Assembly: GCA_963825525.1 (NCBI GenBank)
Contig: CAWGTN010000002.1
Location: 32,001-96,000 of the forward strand
DNA length: 64,000 nucleotides
Direction of reading: 5' to 3'
DNA from: an uncultured Chloroflexia bacterium
Lineage (GTDB): Bacteria > Chloroflexota > Limnocylindria > QHBO01
The translations under genes were made by a program, and so were the position numbers. Shown here piece by piece: positions 33,039-44,900 of the stretch. The notes below the pieces were generated by a model. It saw only the letters and a list, made by a program, of their open reading frames with translations, had not been told where the DNA came from and searched no databases. Numbering within the stretch: the first letter of the stretch is position 1; each line of letters begins with the position of its first letter.

Positions 33039-36000
33039 TCAGGCCCCGGGTGCCGAGAGCGCCTGCAATCTGCGGCGAGGCAGCGGGAGCCGGCCGACCG
33101 CGACGATGGCCTCCACCGCTTCGTATGGCACGGGCCGCGAGAAGTGGAAGCCCTGGCCGAGCTGGCACCCGCGAGCCTTCAGGGCGAGCAGCTGGGCCTG
33201 GGTCTCGATCCCCTCCGCCACCACCTCGAGCCCCATCGTGGACGCCATCTCGAGAATCGTCTGCACAACCGCTCCCTCTGGCTCTTGCGTGATGCGGGAG
33301 ATGAAGCTGCGGTCGATCTTCACGATGTGGAACGGCAGGTGACGGAGGCGCCCGAGCGAGGAGTAGCCGGTTCCGAAGTCATCGAGGGCCAGGCGGACGC
33401 CCAGCTTGCGGAGTTGGCGGAGCTCGCGAAGCGCGGCGAGGTTGTCGCCGATGATCGCGGTCTCGGTGATCTCGATCACAAGCAACCCGGGCTCGAGGCC
33501 GCTCTTGCGAAGTGCGGCACGCACGTCGGGAACCACGGTTCCCTGCGCGAGCTGCGACGCGGACACATTCACCGCGACGTGGAGCGGTCCCTCGGATGCG
33601 GCGTTCCACTCGACCGCGCGCCGGCAGGCCTCCCCCAGCACGAACTTGCCGATGGGGCCGATGAGGCCCGTCTCTTCGGCAAGCGAGATGACCTCGGTGA
33701 CCGGCACGAACTGGCCGTCGGGATCACGCCAGCGAAGCAGCGCCTCGAAGCCGGTCACGGTGCCGTCGCGCAGGTCCACCATCGGCTGGTAGAACACCTC
33801 CAGCCGCTCATCGGCGATGGCACGCGCCAGGTTTGCCTTGAGCTCGAGCCGGCGAAGTGCCTGCTCATGCATGCGTGCCTCGTAGAGCTCGAACCGTGCC
33901 TTGCCGCGCTGCTTCGCGACATACATCGCGAGGTCCGCGTTGCGGAGCAGCTCCTCCGGGCGAGCGGTTGCCTCGAGGTCCACCGCGATGCCGATGCTGA
34001 CGTGGACCTGGACCTGCTTGCGCATCACGCTGAACGGCCGCTCGAACGCTTCCATCAGGCGCGCCGCCACCGTCTGGGGGGTCTCGGACACGACGTCCTC
34101 GAGGAGGATCGCAAACTCGTCGCCGCCGAGTCGGGCCGCGGTGTCGACCGGCCGCAGGAGCCGTTCGAGCCGACGCCCGACCGCCACCAGCAGCGCGTCG
34201 CCGGCACTGTGCCCCAGGCTGTCGTTGATCGTCTTGAAGTCATCGAGGTCCAGGAACAGGACGGCGAGTCCGGCGTGCTCGCGGCTGGATCGGTCGAGCG
34301 CGTGCTGCACGCGATCGGAGAACAGGGCGCGGTTTGCAAGGCCGGTGAGCGAGTCGTGCAGCGCCTGGTGGCGGAGCTGGCCCTCGAGCTCCTTGCGGGC
34401 GGTGATGTCGTCGATGAGCGCGTTGAACCGCACGGTCTCGCCGTCCTCGACCGGCCAGATGGTCAGCTCGACCGGGAACCGATGGCCGTCGCGGTGCATC
34501 GCCTCGAGCTCCATCCGACGCGAGAGGATGCGGCCCTGCCCGGTGGCGGCGTAGCGGCGCATCCCGTCGTGATGGGCGACGCGCTGCTCCGGGGGGATGA
34601 CGAGCTCGGCAAGGTCGGCGCCCATGGCCTGATCACGCGTCCATCCGAACGTGTCCTCGGCCTGCTGGTTCCACTCGACGACGTGACCCTCGGACTCGAT
34701 GGCCACGAATGCCAGGCTGGCGGTGTCGATGATCATCCGCTGCTGCTCCTCGCTGGCGCGCAGCGCCTCCTCGGCCACCTTCGCGGCGGTGATGTCGATC
34801 ATCAGGCCCTGGAGGAGCGGCTGACCGTCGTCGCCCTCGGTGACCGCAACGTCATCGAGGATCCAGACCGTGCGCCCGTCGCGGCGGATCATGCGGTACT
34901 CGAAACGAGTCGTGGCGCCGGGATCGACGGCGGCGGCATCGGCATTGACCACCGACTCGCGGTCGTCCGGATGGATGCTCTGCGCCCATAGGAGGGGATC
35001 CGCGATCCACTCTGCCGGGGCGTAGCCGAGCATGCCCTCGATCTGCGGGCTGACAAAGTGCCACCGACCGGTGGGGCCGGGCTCGGCTCGGTACACGACG
35101 CCCGGCTGGCGCTCGACGAGTGATCGGTATTTGACCTCGGCGCTGGAGAGCTCCGCGGCCAGCTGCTGCTCGCGACGGACGGCTCGCTCGCGGTCGCGGA
35201 GGAGCACGCTCTGGCGAACGGCAACGGTCAGCAGCACGAGACCCATGGCCGCGACGTTGACGACGTTCATGGGGCTGGGCAGTGGCCTGAGGAAGTGGAT
35301 GGCCATGAGCCCCGGGGTGAGCGCCACGGCCGCGATCGGCATCGCCGAGCGCATGCGCGCTGCGCGTCGGGCGTATGTGGGGTTGTCGTCCACGGCGTCG
35401 GTCCAGGTCGCAACGCCCAGGGCGATAAGGACGATCCCAACGGACAGAAGCACCGGCGCCACGAGCGGATCGGACATCCGATCCGCCGTGGGCAGCGCCA
35501 GGCGGGACAGGAAGCCGATCCCGAGCGCAAAGAGGCCGGCCAGAACGACGAACGCACCGTGCGGTTTGCGCTCCGCGCGAACCGCGAGATGCAGGAGAAG
35601 GGTCGCGAGCATCGTCGCCAGGAAGAAGACGGCGTAGGCGAGGTTGATTCCTCCGGCCGGCGTGCGGGCAGCATCATGGCCGAAGAGGGTGATCATGAGA
35701 GACGCGGTCGCAAAGAAGACCATCGCGCCGTCGAGGTAGACGGCGGCCTCGTCTGTCCATGCGACACGACGCCGGATCGTCACCCAGTACGACGCGGCGG
35801 CGCACGCCAGCACGCCGACGAATGGAGCGTCGGATACGGCAGGGGTGGACACCACTCCGGCCACCGCCTCGACGTTGCGAATGAGCTCGCCGAGCAGCCA
35901 GAGGCCCATGGCCACCGTCATCAGGTAACGCACCCGGCGCACGCGGCCGGTTGTCTTTCGGAGGGCGAGCATGCCGAGCACGAACGCGAAGCCGGCAGCC

Positions 36001-36185
36001 ACGGTCAGCTCGGCGCGTGCCAGTGCGCTGCCGATGGGCGCCGGCGAGATTGCGGCGAGCACGGCAAGCACGCTGATGACCACGATCCCGGCCAGGATGG
36101 TGGCTCGAGCGTCAGCAGGCAGTCGCAGGAAGGCAGCCGGCATCGCCGGCCCACGTCGTGTCATGCCCCCATCGGCTTCGCGCAC
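33039..36185 (-). CDS. Membrane PAS-PAS-GGDEF-EAL c-di-GMP enzyme
   Basis: ~9 TM segments; two PAS domains (IHPDD; HRDG..FPVE); RPVD/GGDEF; [15 protein letters not shown]; start could be 36164. Confidence 0.93.
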   Translation of the reverse strand: MREADGGMTRRGPAMPAAFLRLPADARATILAGIVVISVLAVLAAISPAPIGSALARAELTVAAGFAFVLGMLALRKTTGRVRRVRYLMTVAMGLWLLGELIRNVEAVAGVVSTPAVSDAPFVGVLACAAASYWVTIRRRVAWTDEAAVYLDGAMVFFATASLMITLFGHDAARTPAGGINLAYAVFFLATMLATLLLHLAVRAERKPHGAFVVLAGLFALGIGFLSRLALPTADRMSDPLVAPVLLSVGIVLIALGVATWTDAVDDNPTYARRAARMRSAMPIAAVALTPGLMAIHFLRPLPSPMNVVNVAAMGLVLLTVAVRQSVLLRDRERAVRREQQLAAELSSAEVKYRSLVERQPGVVYRAEPGPTGRWHFVSPQIEGMLGYAPAEWIADPLLWAQSIHPDDRESVVNADAAAVDPGATTRFEYRMIRRDGRTVWILDDVAVTEGDDGQPLLQGLMIDITAAKVAEEALRASEEQQRMIIDTASLAFVAIESEGHVVEWNQQAEDTFGWTRDQAMGADLAELVIPPEQRVAHHDGMRRYAATGQGRILSRRMELEAMHRDGHRFPVELTIWPVEDGETVRFNALIDDITARKELEGQLRHQALHDSLTGLANRALFSDRVQHALDRSSREHAGLAVLFLDLDDFKTINDSLGHSAGDALLVAVGRRLERLLRPVDTAARLGGDEFAILLEDVVSETPQTVAARLMEAFERPFSVMRKQVQVHVSIGIAVDLEATARPEELLRNADLAMYVAKQRGKARFELYEARMHEQALRRLELKANLARAIADERLEVFYQPMVDLRDGTVTGFEALLRWRDPDGQFVPVTEVISLAEETGLIGPIGKFVLGEACRRAVEWNAASEGPLHVAVNVSASQLAQGTVVPDVRAALRKSGLEPGLLVIEITETAIIGDNLAALRELRQLRKLGVRLALDDFGTGYSSLGRLRHLPFHIVKIDRSFISRITQEPEGAVVQTILEMASTMGLEVVAEGIETQAQLLALKARGCQLGQGFHFSRPVPYEAVEAIVAVGRLPLPRRRLQALSAPGA

Positions 36186-36227
36186 CTCGCGTTATTCGTC
36201 ATCAGGCTAGGAACCAGCCTCACGTCC

Positions 36228-36249
36228 GGCCATGGCCCATATGGCCTAC
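36228..36249. promoter_or_regulatory. Palindromic operator GGCC-ATGGCCC-N4-GGCCTAC
   Basis: Near-identical to 62453-62474; 22 nt upstream of the minus-strand -10 box (TAGCCT). Confidence 0.5.
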
Positions 36250-36265
36250 TGCGTACAATCGGCGC

Positions 36266-37744
36266 ATGCCCGCCAGCACACGCACCGAGTACGAGACCGT
36301 CATCGGCATCGAGGTCCACGCTCAGCTGCGCACCCAATCGAAGATGTTCTGCCCGTGTCCGACCGCACCACCGGACGGTGGTGCCGATGAGCCCAACTCC
36401 CGGGTCTGCCCCGTCTGCATGGGAATGCCCGGTACGCTGCCGGTGATCAACCGGCGTGCGGTGGAGCTGGTGATGCTGACCGGACTCGCCCTGAACTGCC
36501 GGGTGGAGACGGAGGCCGTTCGGTTCGAGCGGAAGAACTACTTCTATCCCGATCTCCCGAAGGGATACCAGATCAGCCAGTACGCGCTGCCGCTGACCAG
36601 TGGCGGTCAGCTGGCGGTCCCGGTGCCTGCCGAGAACGGGGAGGTGACCGTCGGAATCACGCGCGCCCACCTCGAAGAGGACACGGCGCGGATGCAGCAC
36701 GCGGGTCGGGGCTACAGCGTCGTCGACTTCAACCGTGCGGGCGTGCCGTTGATGGAGGTGGTGACCGAGCCCGACATCCGCACTCCGGCCCAGGCCCGCG
36801 CCTACGGTGAGACGCTGCGGGAGCTCCTCCGGGCCATCGGCGCCAGCAATGCCGATATGGATGCCGGCTCCATGCGGATCGAGGGCAACGTCAGCCTCCG
36901 ACCGCGTGGCACGACCACGCTGGGCACGAAGGTCGAGGTCAAGAACCTGAACAGCTTCCGATCCCTGGAGCGGGCGCTCGAGTACGAGGTGGCGCGTCAT
37001 GCCGAAGCGCTCGATCGTGGTGAGACCCTCGTCCAGGAGACTCGTGGCTGGGACGAGGAGAACGGACGCACCATCATCCAGCGCTCGAAGGAGGAGGCGA
37101 ACGACTACCGCTACTTCCCCGAGCCGGACCTGCCGCCGCTGCGTCCATCCGAGGCGTGGGTTGCCGAGCTCCGCGCCGGCCTGCCCGAGGTACCCGCCCT
37201 TCGCCGGGCTCGCTACGTGGATGAGCTTGGATTGTCGGCCTACGACGCCGGAGTCCTGACGTCTGACAACGCGCTGGCCACGTACTTCGACGCGGTGGTG
37301 GATGCCGGAGTCGCGCCCAAGAGCGCAGCCAACTGGATCACCGGCGAGTTCAGCCGGCTGCTCAACCAGCATGCCGCGCGCGGCCTCCGTGCCGACGACG
37401 TCGCTCTGCGTCCCGAAGGCATGGCCATCCTCATCGGCGAGGTCGAGGAGGGAAGGGTGTCCGGCACGAATGCGAAGGCCGTGCTGGCCGCCGTGTTCGA
37501 GTCGGGCGAGGATCCGCGCGCCGTGATCGAGCGTGATGGACTTGGACAGGTCAGCGACTCGGACGCCATCGGTCGCGAGATCGAGGCCGTCATCACCGAG
37601 TTCGCCGGCCAGGTTGCCGAGTACCGCTCCGGGAAGCCGCAGCTCTTCGGGTTCCTGGTCGGGCAGGTCATGAAGCGCACCGCCGGGCGGGCGGACGCCA
37701 AGCTCGTCAACGCCGAGCTCCGCCGTCGGCTCGAGTCCGAATGA
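36266..37744 (+). CDS. gatB: Asp/Glu-tRNA amidotransferase subunit B
   Basis: [39 protein letters not shown]. Confidence 0.97.
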   Translation: MPASTRTEYETVIGIEVHAQLRTQSKMFCPCPTAPPDGGADEPNSRVCPVCMGMPGTLPVINRRAVELVMLTGLALNCRVETEAVRFERKNYFYPDLPKGYQISQYALPLTSGGQLAVPVPAENGEVTVGITRAHLEEDTARMQHAGRGYSVVDFNRAGVPLMEVVTEPDIRTPAQARAYGETLRELLRAIGASNADMDAGSMRIEGNVSLRPRGTTTLGTKVEVKNLNSFRSLERALEYEVARHAEALDRGETLVQETRGWDEENGRTIIQRSKEEANDYRYFPEPDLPPLRPSEAWVAELRAGLPEVPALRRARYVDELGLSAYDAGVLTSDNALATYFDAVVDAGVAPKSAANWITGEFSRLLNQHAARGLRADDVALRPEGMAILIGEVEEGRVSGTNAKAVLAAVFESGEDPRAVIERDGLGQVSDSDAIGREIEAVITEFAGQVAEYRSGKPQLFGFLVGQVMKRTAGRADAKLVNAELRRRLESE

Positions 37745-38529
37745 GCGGCGCCGATGCGGCCGAGCTGCTCCGCTTCGCGCACGAGATCCTCGACGAGACC
37801 GATGCGATCGCCCTGCGGCACGTGGGCTCCGGCCTGACGGTCAGCACCAAGCCCGATCGGACGCTGGTCACCCCGGCTGACACCGAGATCGAGACGTGGC
37901 TGCGCGAACGCATCGGGAGCCGATATCCGGGCCACACGGTGCTGGGCGAGGAGTTCGGGACCGAGGCGGATGCCGGCGACGGGCGCTGGATCATCGACCC
38001 GATCGACGCGACGCACAACGTGGTGCGTGGCATCGAGATCTTTGCCACCCTGCTCGCGTTCGAGCGCGATGGCGAGCTGCTGGTGAGTGTCGTCTCGGCG
38101 CCGGCGATGCATCGCCGATGGTGGGCCACCCGTGGCGGGGGAGCGATGGCCAGGACGGACGGGGTCGATCGACCGATTCGCGTCTCCGCGGTCAACGAGC
38201 TGGCCAACGCCCAGATCGTCTTCTCCACGCTGCGCGGTCTCGACGAGGCTGGACTGGGGGAGGGCCTCCGGGAGCTCACCGGGTCCGCATGGCGCGACCG
38301 CGGATTCGGTGACTTCTGGGGCCACATGCTGGTGGCGCAGGGATCAGCCGAGGCGATGGTCGAATACGGCGTGAAGCCGTGGGACATGGCTGCGCCGTAC
38401 CTCATCCTGACCGAGGCGGGCGGCCGCATGACCGACCTCGACGGCCGCAGCTCGTGGTCCGGACCGCAGGCCCTCACGACCAACGGCCTGCTCCACGATC
38501 AGATCCTGGACAAGCTGCACCGCCGATGA
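37741..38529 (+). CDS. hisN: Histidinol-phosphatase, inositol monophosphatase family
   Basis: [25 protein letters not shown]. Confidence 0.75.
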   Translation: MSGADAAELLRFAHEILDETDAIALRHVGSGLTVSTKPDRTLVTPADTEIETWLRERIGSRYPGHTVLGEEFGTEADAGDGRWIIDPIDATHNVVRGIEIFATLLAFERDGELLVSVVSAPAMHRRWWATRGGGAMARTDGVDRPIRVSAVNELANAQIVFSTLRGLDEAGLGEGLRELTGSAWRDRGFGDFWGHMLVAQGSAEAMVEYGVKPWDMAAPYLILTEAGGRMTDLDGRSSWSGPQALTTNGLLHDQILDKLHRR

Positions 38530-40064
38530 CCGCCGACGCGGCGCGCAGGACATGGCTCCTGGCTGACTTCAGCCTCGTGGTGCTGATCGTCGTGCTGGCG
38601 TTGCTCACCACCCTCGTCGTCGCGCTGCCGGCAATCGGACCGGGCATCGTGAATGACCGGCTGGACATTGCCATCATCACGGCATCGCTCCTCGTCTCGG
38701 TGGCGGTCGCCGCACTCAATGCGGCGCGTGGTCGCGTCGCCGGGGACGACGCCGCTCTCATGCGCGGGTCCGCATTCGCGGTGCTGGCGGTGCTCAATGC
38801 CCTGACCCTCATCGTGCAGGTGGGCGGCGCGGATCGGGCATTCGGCGCCGCGCTCGACGAGCCGGGCCAGCTGCCCGTGGTCGCGGCGATCCTGGCTCGT
38901 GGGGTCGCTGTCCTGCTGCTGGTGGGAGCCGGGATCTTCGCCCTGCGCGCTGACCGACTGTCGTTGAGCCCGAGCCTCGTCCTGGCGGGGCCGCCGGCTC
39001 TCGTGGCCGCGGTGCTGGTGCTCGGTGCCGCGTTCCAGGATCGGCTGCCCATGGTCATCGATTCGACGACCCTCGGCGAGCTTGTCCGTGACCCGACGGC
39101 CGCGCTGAGCGCCGGGTCCGCACCCTGGATGGTTGCGACCCAGGCGACCTTGGGGCTGGGCTTTTTGGCCGCGGCCATCCTCGCGCACCGCGCCTGGCGT
39201 CGCACCCGTGGGAGCGCGGACATCCTGCTGGCCGCGGGCCTGTTCATCGCGGCGTTCAGCCAGGTCCACAGCGCGATCCATCCCGGCAGCTATGCGACGC
39301 TCGTGACGAGCGGCGACCTCCTGCGGCTCGCGTTCTTCGGCGTGCTCCTCGTCGGCATCGTGGTCAACAGCCGCGACGACCTCCGCGCGCTTCGGCGCGC
39401 GAACGTGGAGCTGCGCCGGCTCACAGAAGCCGAGCTGGCGAGCGCGACGCTCGAGGAGCGCGCGAGGCTGGCGCGCGAGATCCACGACGGCCTGGCACAG
39501 GACCTGTGGTACGCGAAGCTCAAGCAGAGCCGCCTGGCACAGACGGCGGCGCTCAGCGGCCCGGCCCTCGAGCTCAGCGACGAGGTTGCCGATGCCATCG
39601 ACTCGGCGTTGGCCGAAGCCCGGAGCGCGGTTGCCGCCATGCGCGAGGGATCGGAGGCCGGCTCGCTCCTCGAAATGCTGTCACGCCACGTCGACGATTT
39701 CAGTGATCGGTTCGCGCTCCGGGTGGAGATGAACCACACCGGTGCCAACCCCGACATTGGACCGCGGGCCCAGGCGGAGGTGCTGCGCATCATCCAGGAG
39801 GCGCTGACCAACGTCCGCAAGCATGCGGATGCGACCGTGATTCGGGTGGATGTGGCGGTCGACGGCGACCTCCGACTCCGCGTGTCGGACAATGGCCGCG
39901 GGTTCCGGCCGGACACGGTTCCTGCCGGTTTCGGCCTGGAAAGCATGCGGCAGCGTGCCGAGCTGATCGGCGCGTCGCTGACGGTCAGCTCCGAGCCGCA
40001 GAACGGAACCCGGGTCGAGGTGCGCGCGCCACTCGTCGAGAAGGAGGGGAATCGTGGAACGTGA
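38526..40064 (+). CDS. Multi-TM sensor histidine kinase (HisKA_3)
   Basis: EERARLAREIHD, EALTNVRKHA, DNGRGF, GFGLESM. Confidence 0.92.
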   Translation: MTADAARRTWLLADFSLVVLIVVLALLTTLVVALPAIGPGIVNDRLDIAIITASLLVSVAVAALNAARGRVAGDDAALMRGSAFAVLAVLNALTLIVQVGGADRAFGAALDEPGQLPVVAAILARGVAVLLLVGAGIFALRADRLSLSPSLVLAGPPALVAAVLVLGAAFQDRLPMVIDSTTLGELVRDPTAALSAGSAPWMVATQATLGLGFLAAAILAHRAWRRTRGSADILLAAGLFIAAFSQVHSAIHPGSYATLVTSGDLLRLAFFGVLLVGIVVNSRDDLRALRRANVELRRLTEAELASATLEERARLAREIHDGLAQDLWYAKLKQSRLAQTAALSGPALELSDEVADAIDSALAEARSAVAAMREGSEAGSLLEMLSRHVDDFSDRFALRVEMNHTGANPDIGPRAQAEVLRIIQEALTNVRKHADATVIRVDVAVDGDLRLRVSDNGRGFRPDTVPAGFGLESMRQRAELIGASLTVSSEPQNGTRVEVRAPLVEKEGNRGT

Positions 40065-40723
40065 GGTTCCGCTGACGATTGCTGCTGGTGGACGATCACG
40101 CGCTCGTGAGATCTGCCGTCCGACAGGCGCTCGACGCGCCCGACATCGAGGTCGTCGGCGAGGCCTCCAGCGCGGAGCAGGCCATCGAGCTCGCCATGCG
40201 GCTGCGGCCGGACGTCGTGCTGCTGGACATCGATCTTCCGGGCATGAGCGGCGTGGAGGCAGTGCGAGAGATGGCGCCGCGCCTGCCTGATACCAAGATC
40301 GTGATGCTCACCGTCTCGACGGATCGGCGCGATCTGCTGGGTGCCATCCGACATGGTGCGGTCGGATACCTGACCAAGGATCTGACCGGTGAGTCGCTCC
40401 TGCGGTCAGTCCGCGGCATCCGTCGCGGCGACCTTCCGATGTCGCGCGCCCACGCCGCCACGGTCATGTCGCACCTGGCTCGGGGCACGAGGGCCGGAGC
40501 GAGCGACGCCGACCAGATTGCCGACCTGCTCAGCGTCCGTGAGACCGAGGTCCTCCGGCTGCTTGCCGATGGGCTGACCGACCGGGAGATTGCCTCGGGC
40601 CTGTCCATTTCGCCGCGTACCGTGGAGAGTCACGTGAGCAGCCTGCTGCGCAAGCTGGGCGTCAGGAACCGTGCCGAGGCGGCGCAGCGGTATCGGGCGG
40701 ACGGAGGCTCGGCTAGCGCCTGA
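40054..40723 (+). CDS. NarL/LuxR-family response regulator; extra base near 40074
   Basis: LVDDH, DVVLLDIDLPG, YLTK, LSVRETEVL...ISPRTVESHV. Confidence 0.92.
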
Positions 40724-41162
40724 GCGCGCGGCGCAGGAATCGGGCGACGGGACCGGAGTTGGCGTCGGGCTCCTCGCTTCGCTCGTGGACTCGCTTCCAG
40801 GCCATCTCCTGGCCGATCGCGACCTCGATTCCCGTCCGTTTCGGCTCCGGGTCGATCGGGATGGCGACGTGCGGGGCGCTGCGCCAGCGCTCGACCTCGG
40901 CAGCGGCGATTTCGTAGGCTTCCTGCCGGATTGCGAGCGATGCGAGGTCTGCCGGGCGCCCGGTGGCCGCGCGCCGCATGGCAGCGATCCATTCGTCGCG
41001 GACGGTGACGTATCGCTCCTCCGCCTCTGCCAGAGACCGTGGACGATCGGTGAGCGGGCCGGTGTGGGGTCGGGCCGCCTCGGTGTCTTCGAGCATGCCG
41101 TCCGCGGTCGACTCGTCGGACTGTCGGGCGCGGCGGGCATCGGCGGCGCGACGGATGCTCAT
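40713..41162 (-). CDS. Hypothetical helical protein
   Basis: ATGA overlap with the upstream gene; GGGAG RBS. Confidence 0.65.
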   Translation of the reverse strand: MSIRRAADARRARQSDESTADGMLEDTEAARPHTGPLTDRPRSLAEAEERYVTVRDEWIAAMRRAATGRPADLASLAIRQEAYEIAAAEVERWRSAPHVAIPIDPEPKRTGIEVAIGQEMAWKRVHERSEEPDANSGPVARFLRRALRR

Positions 41163-41647
41163 GATCGCAGCTCCCGCATGAGTGCGGCCATCTGGGCCCG
41201 GAGGAGGCGCGGCTGATCGACGTCCAGGCTGAATCCCTCGCCTTCACGCAGCGTGAGGAGCAGCCGTTCTCCGGCGAGCGAGGTTTCCACGACGTCTGTG
41301 AGCTGCACCGACATGACCACCTGTCCCAGGTGAACCATCCGGCGCGACGTGAGGTACAGAGTTCCCCCGTAGCCAAGCGCGCGTTCGTCACCCGGTCCCC
41401 TGAGGATCGCATGCGGGCGCAAGGCATGCAGATGCTCGTCCGCGGCGAGATGCGCAGCGATTGGCTCGTCGGCAGGGATCGTTGCCATCGGCTCCGTCAG
41501 CAAGCGAGCGCGGGCCTCGGCGGCAGCGACCTCATCGGATTCGGCGCGCGCGGCGGCCGTGAGGGCGTCACGCAGCGCGGGGCCTTCCTCCGTGGACGTC
41601 TCGTTCGAACTCGCTGAGGCGTCCCGGCCCCGCTCTGGCAACTGCAT
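41159..41647 (-). CDS. Hypothetical protein with a PH-like C-terminal domain
   Basis: GGTLYLTSRRMVHLG...VQLTDV pattern typical of bacterial PH folds; TACCTT -10 box 6 nt upstream. Confidence 0.65.
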   Translation of the reverse strand: MQLPERGRDASASSNETSTEEGPALRDALTAAARAESDEVAAAEARARLLTEPMATIPADEPIAAHLAADEHLHALRPHAILRGPGDERALGYGGTLYLTSRRMVHLGQVVMSVQLTDVVETSLAGERLLLTLREGEGFSLDVDQPRLLRAQMAALMRELRS

Positions 41648-41680
41648 GCACGGAAGGTACCCCTCCGGACCTCGATCGGC

Positions 41681-41810
41681 ATCCGGACATCTACGGATCA
41701 CGGTACGGAGTGCCCCATCCGTATCCGGACGCACCGGTGCGTACACGCACCGGTGATGGGGTGGGGGTACGGACTCGCGAATCAGTACCCCGCTCCGTAG
41801 GTTCACGGAT
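41681..41810. promoter_or_regulatory. Cluster of 18-bp pseudo-palindromes (TCCG-N8-CGGA) in a divergent promoter
   Basis: ATCCGGACATCTACGGAT (41681), ATCCGTATCCGGACGCAC (41717), CTCCGTAGGTTCACGGAT (41793). Confidence 0.55.
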
Positions 41811-41915
41811 GGCTCCACGGCACTTCGTTTGACACAGTGCCCGGGCATTCATTGATCTCGTGGTGTTCTGTGCCCGGATCATCATCTCGAGGGGAACTAG
41901 GGGATAGGGGAAATC

Positions 41916-44900
41916 ATGTCGTCGGCTGCCCACCGTCGTACGAGCCGTCCTGCGCTCGTCGTACTGCAGATCCTGGTCTTCGTCACGTACATCTTTGGTC
42001 CGACGTCGACGCTCGCCGAGGAGCCGATCATCGAGCCGACGCCGACCGAATCGGCCGCGCCCGAAGTGACGCCGGACCCGACGCCCGACCCGACGGTCGC
42101 GCCGACCGAGGAGCCTGCAGCGACGCCTGACCCGACCGCGACCCCAGCCCCGGTCGATCCGGATCCCACCCCTGATCCGACGCCCGACCCGACCCCCGAA
42201 CCCGTCGCGCCGACCACCCCCGGCACGCGCCCCTACATCGTCACCTTCTCCCCCGGGACTGATGCATCCCGCCAGGTCGAGATCCTCTCCAACGTTGGCG
42301 TCACCGACGAGAGCGCCATCCCGCAGCTCGCCATTCGCAGCGTCCTCCTCCACGAGACCGAGTACGCCGATGAGCTGACCGCCCTGCGCGCCTACCCCGA
42401 GGTGGAGCGGGTCGAGCTCGACCGCACCCGCGCCGTGGAAGCCGCCCCGTCCGACACCTCGTTCGCCGATCAGTGGTCGCTTGGCCAGATCGGCTGGAAC
42501 GACCTGTACGGCACCGTCTCCATCGGCGGCTCATCCGTGGTCGCCATCCTTGACACCGGCGTCGATGCCGGCCACCCGGACCTCGACGGCGTCGTCCTGC
42601 CCGGGTACTCCGTCCTGGGCGGCAGCGCCCTGACTGATCCGAACGGCCACGGCACCTGGATGGCCGGCATCGTGGCGGCCGAGACCGATAACGGCACCGG
42701 CATCGCCGGAACCGCCTACGCGGGCGTCTCCGTGCTGCCCGTCACCGTCCTGGGCGCCGATGGCACCGGACAGGACAGCGACATCATCGCGGGCGTCGTG
42801 TACGCCGCCGATGCGGGCGCCGACGTCATCCTCATGAGCTTCAGCAACCCCGGCTACTCGGCTGCCCTCCAGGCGGCCATCGACTACGCCTGGTCGTCGG
42901 GCGCCGTCCTGGTTGCCGCCACCGGCAACGACGGCTCGTCCGCCGCCACCTTCCCGGCCGGCGACCGCGGCGTCATCGGCGTCGCGTCGACCGACGCCGC
43001 CGATGCACTCGCCGCGGGCTCGAACTACGGGCCGCCGCCTTCATGGCCGCCCCGGGCGAGGGGATCGTCACGACGTCGGTTGGTGGTGGCGTTGCCACCA
43101 TCTCCGGCACCTCGGCTGCCGCGGCCTCGGTCGCCGGCGCAGCTGCGCTGCTGTCGGCCAACGAGCCGTTCCTGTCGAATGGCGTCATCGTCTCGCGCCT
43201 GGCGCGCACCGCCGATCCGGCGGGGGATCCGGCTGCAGACCGGCAACGGGCGACTCAACCTGGCCCGCGCCATGGCCGATGCCTCGACCGATTCGGTTCA
43301 GCCGGCAGGCGCCGCCCCGGTTGGGGACGGGGGACCGCTGGTGGGGCCGTATGTGGCAGCGGCGCCCGCAACTGGACTACTGACCTTCGGCGGCACCGGA
43401 TCCGGCTCGGTGACCATCACCCCGAGTGCACGGGACGATCGATGCCCCCACTTCATGCGGCGGAAGTCGGATCCGGCGCTGTATCCCGACGGTGACTTCC
43501 ACATGGTTCTGCCGAATCGATCTCCACCTCCTGGCCAACGGCGCTACGATCACGTTCAGCGCCACGGCGGACGGTGGCTCGACATTTGCTGGCTGGAGCG
43601 CAGCTAGCGGAGCGAGCACTAACACCGTGCACGAATACCAGCCCGGACATCGACAAATCCATGCAGTTCGGTGTTCGGATCCGGACGGCGACACTCGCCG
43701 TCGACAGTTCAATGCTGCGGCAGTGAACGCCGTCCGGTCAACAGCGTGCCCGCGCGCACAACGTCACGAACGAGGACACCGATCCGAGTCTTCATCGTCG
43801 GGCAACTCGAATCAGATCAGCGTCAGTGATCCGGATGTGGGCGGCGGCACGATGCAGGTCACGCTGACCTGCGACAAACGGCACGCTTACCCTCGGCTCG
43901 ATGCCACCGGCCTTAGCTTGAGCTTCAGCGATCGCCAACGGTACCGGAGCCGGTGACGGCACGGCCGATCGTCACGATGACCTTCCGCGGCACTCTCGCC
44001 CAGGTCAACGCCGCACTGGCCAGCCGTCACCTACATCCCGAACGCGAACTACTACGGCTCAGCGATCACTTCACGCATCACGAGTCAACGACCGGCAAAC
44101 GGTCGGATGTGCCAAGACCGATACGGATGTCGTGGCGATCACCGTCAACTCGGTCAACGACGCGCCGTCGTTCATGAAGGGCGCCAACCAGACGGTCAAC
44201 GAGGATGCCGGGCGCGCAGAGCGTCGTCAGGCTGGGCCACGGCGATCAGCGCCGGACCGGCCAACGAGTCGAGCCAGGTCGTCGACTTCATCGTCAGCAA
44301 TGACAACAACGCGCTGTTCAGCACCCAGCCGGCGGTCGCCGCCAACGGGACGCTGACCTACACCCCGGCCGCCAATGCCTTCGGCTCGGCGACGGTCATC
44401 TGTCCAGATCCATGACAACGGCGGCACCACCAACGGCGGCGTCAACACCAGCGCCGCGCAGACCTTCACCATCACCGTCAACTCGGTCAACGACGCGCCG
44501 ACCTTCACCAAGGGCGCCAACCAGACGGTCAACGAGGATGCGGGCGCGCAGAGCGTCTCAGGCTGGGCCACGGCGATCAGCGCCGGACCGGCCAACGAGT
44601 CGGGCCAGGTCGTCGACTTCATCGTCAGCAATGACAACAACGCCCTGTTCAGCACCCAGCCGGCGGTCGCCGCCAACGGGACGCTGACCTACACCCCGGC
44701 CGCCAATGCCTACGGCTCGGCGACCGTGACCGTCCAGATCCATGACAACGGCGGCATCGCCAACGGCGGCGTCAACACCAGCGCCACGCAGACCTTCACC
44801 ATCACCGTCAACGCGGTCAACGACGCTCCGTCGTTTGTGAAGGGCGCCGATCAGACCGTCGCCGAAGATGCCGGCATCCAGGTTGTCCCGAACTGGGCGA

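Noticed and set aside
27375-37744. Split of gatCA from gatB as something unusual
   Set aside because: Separated gat genes are common, and all three subunits look intact.
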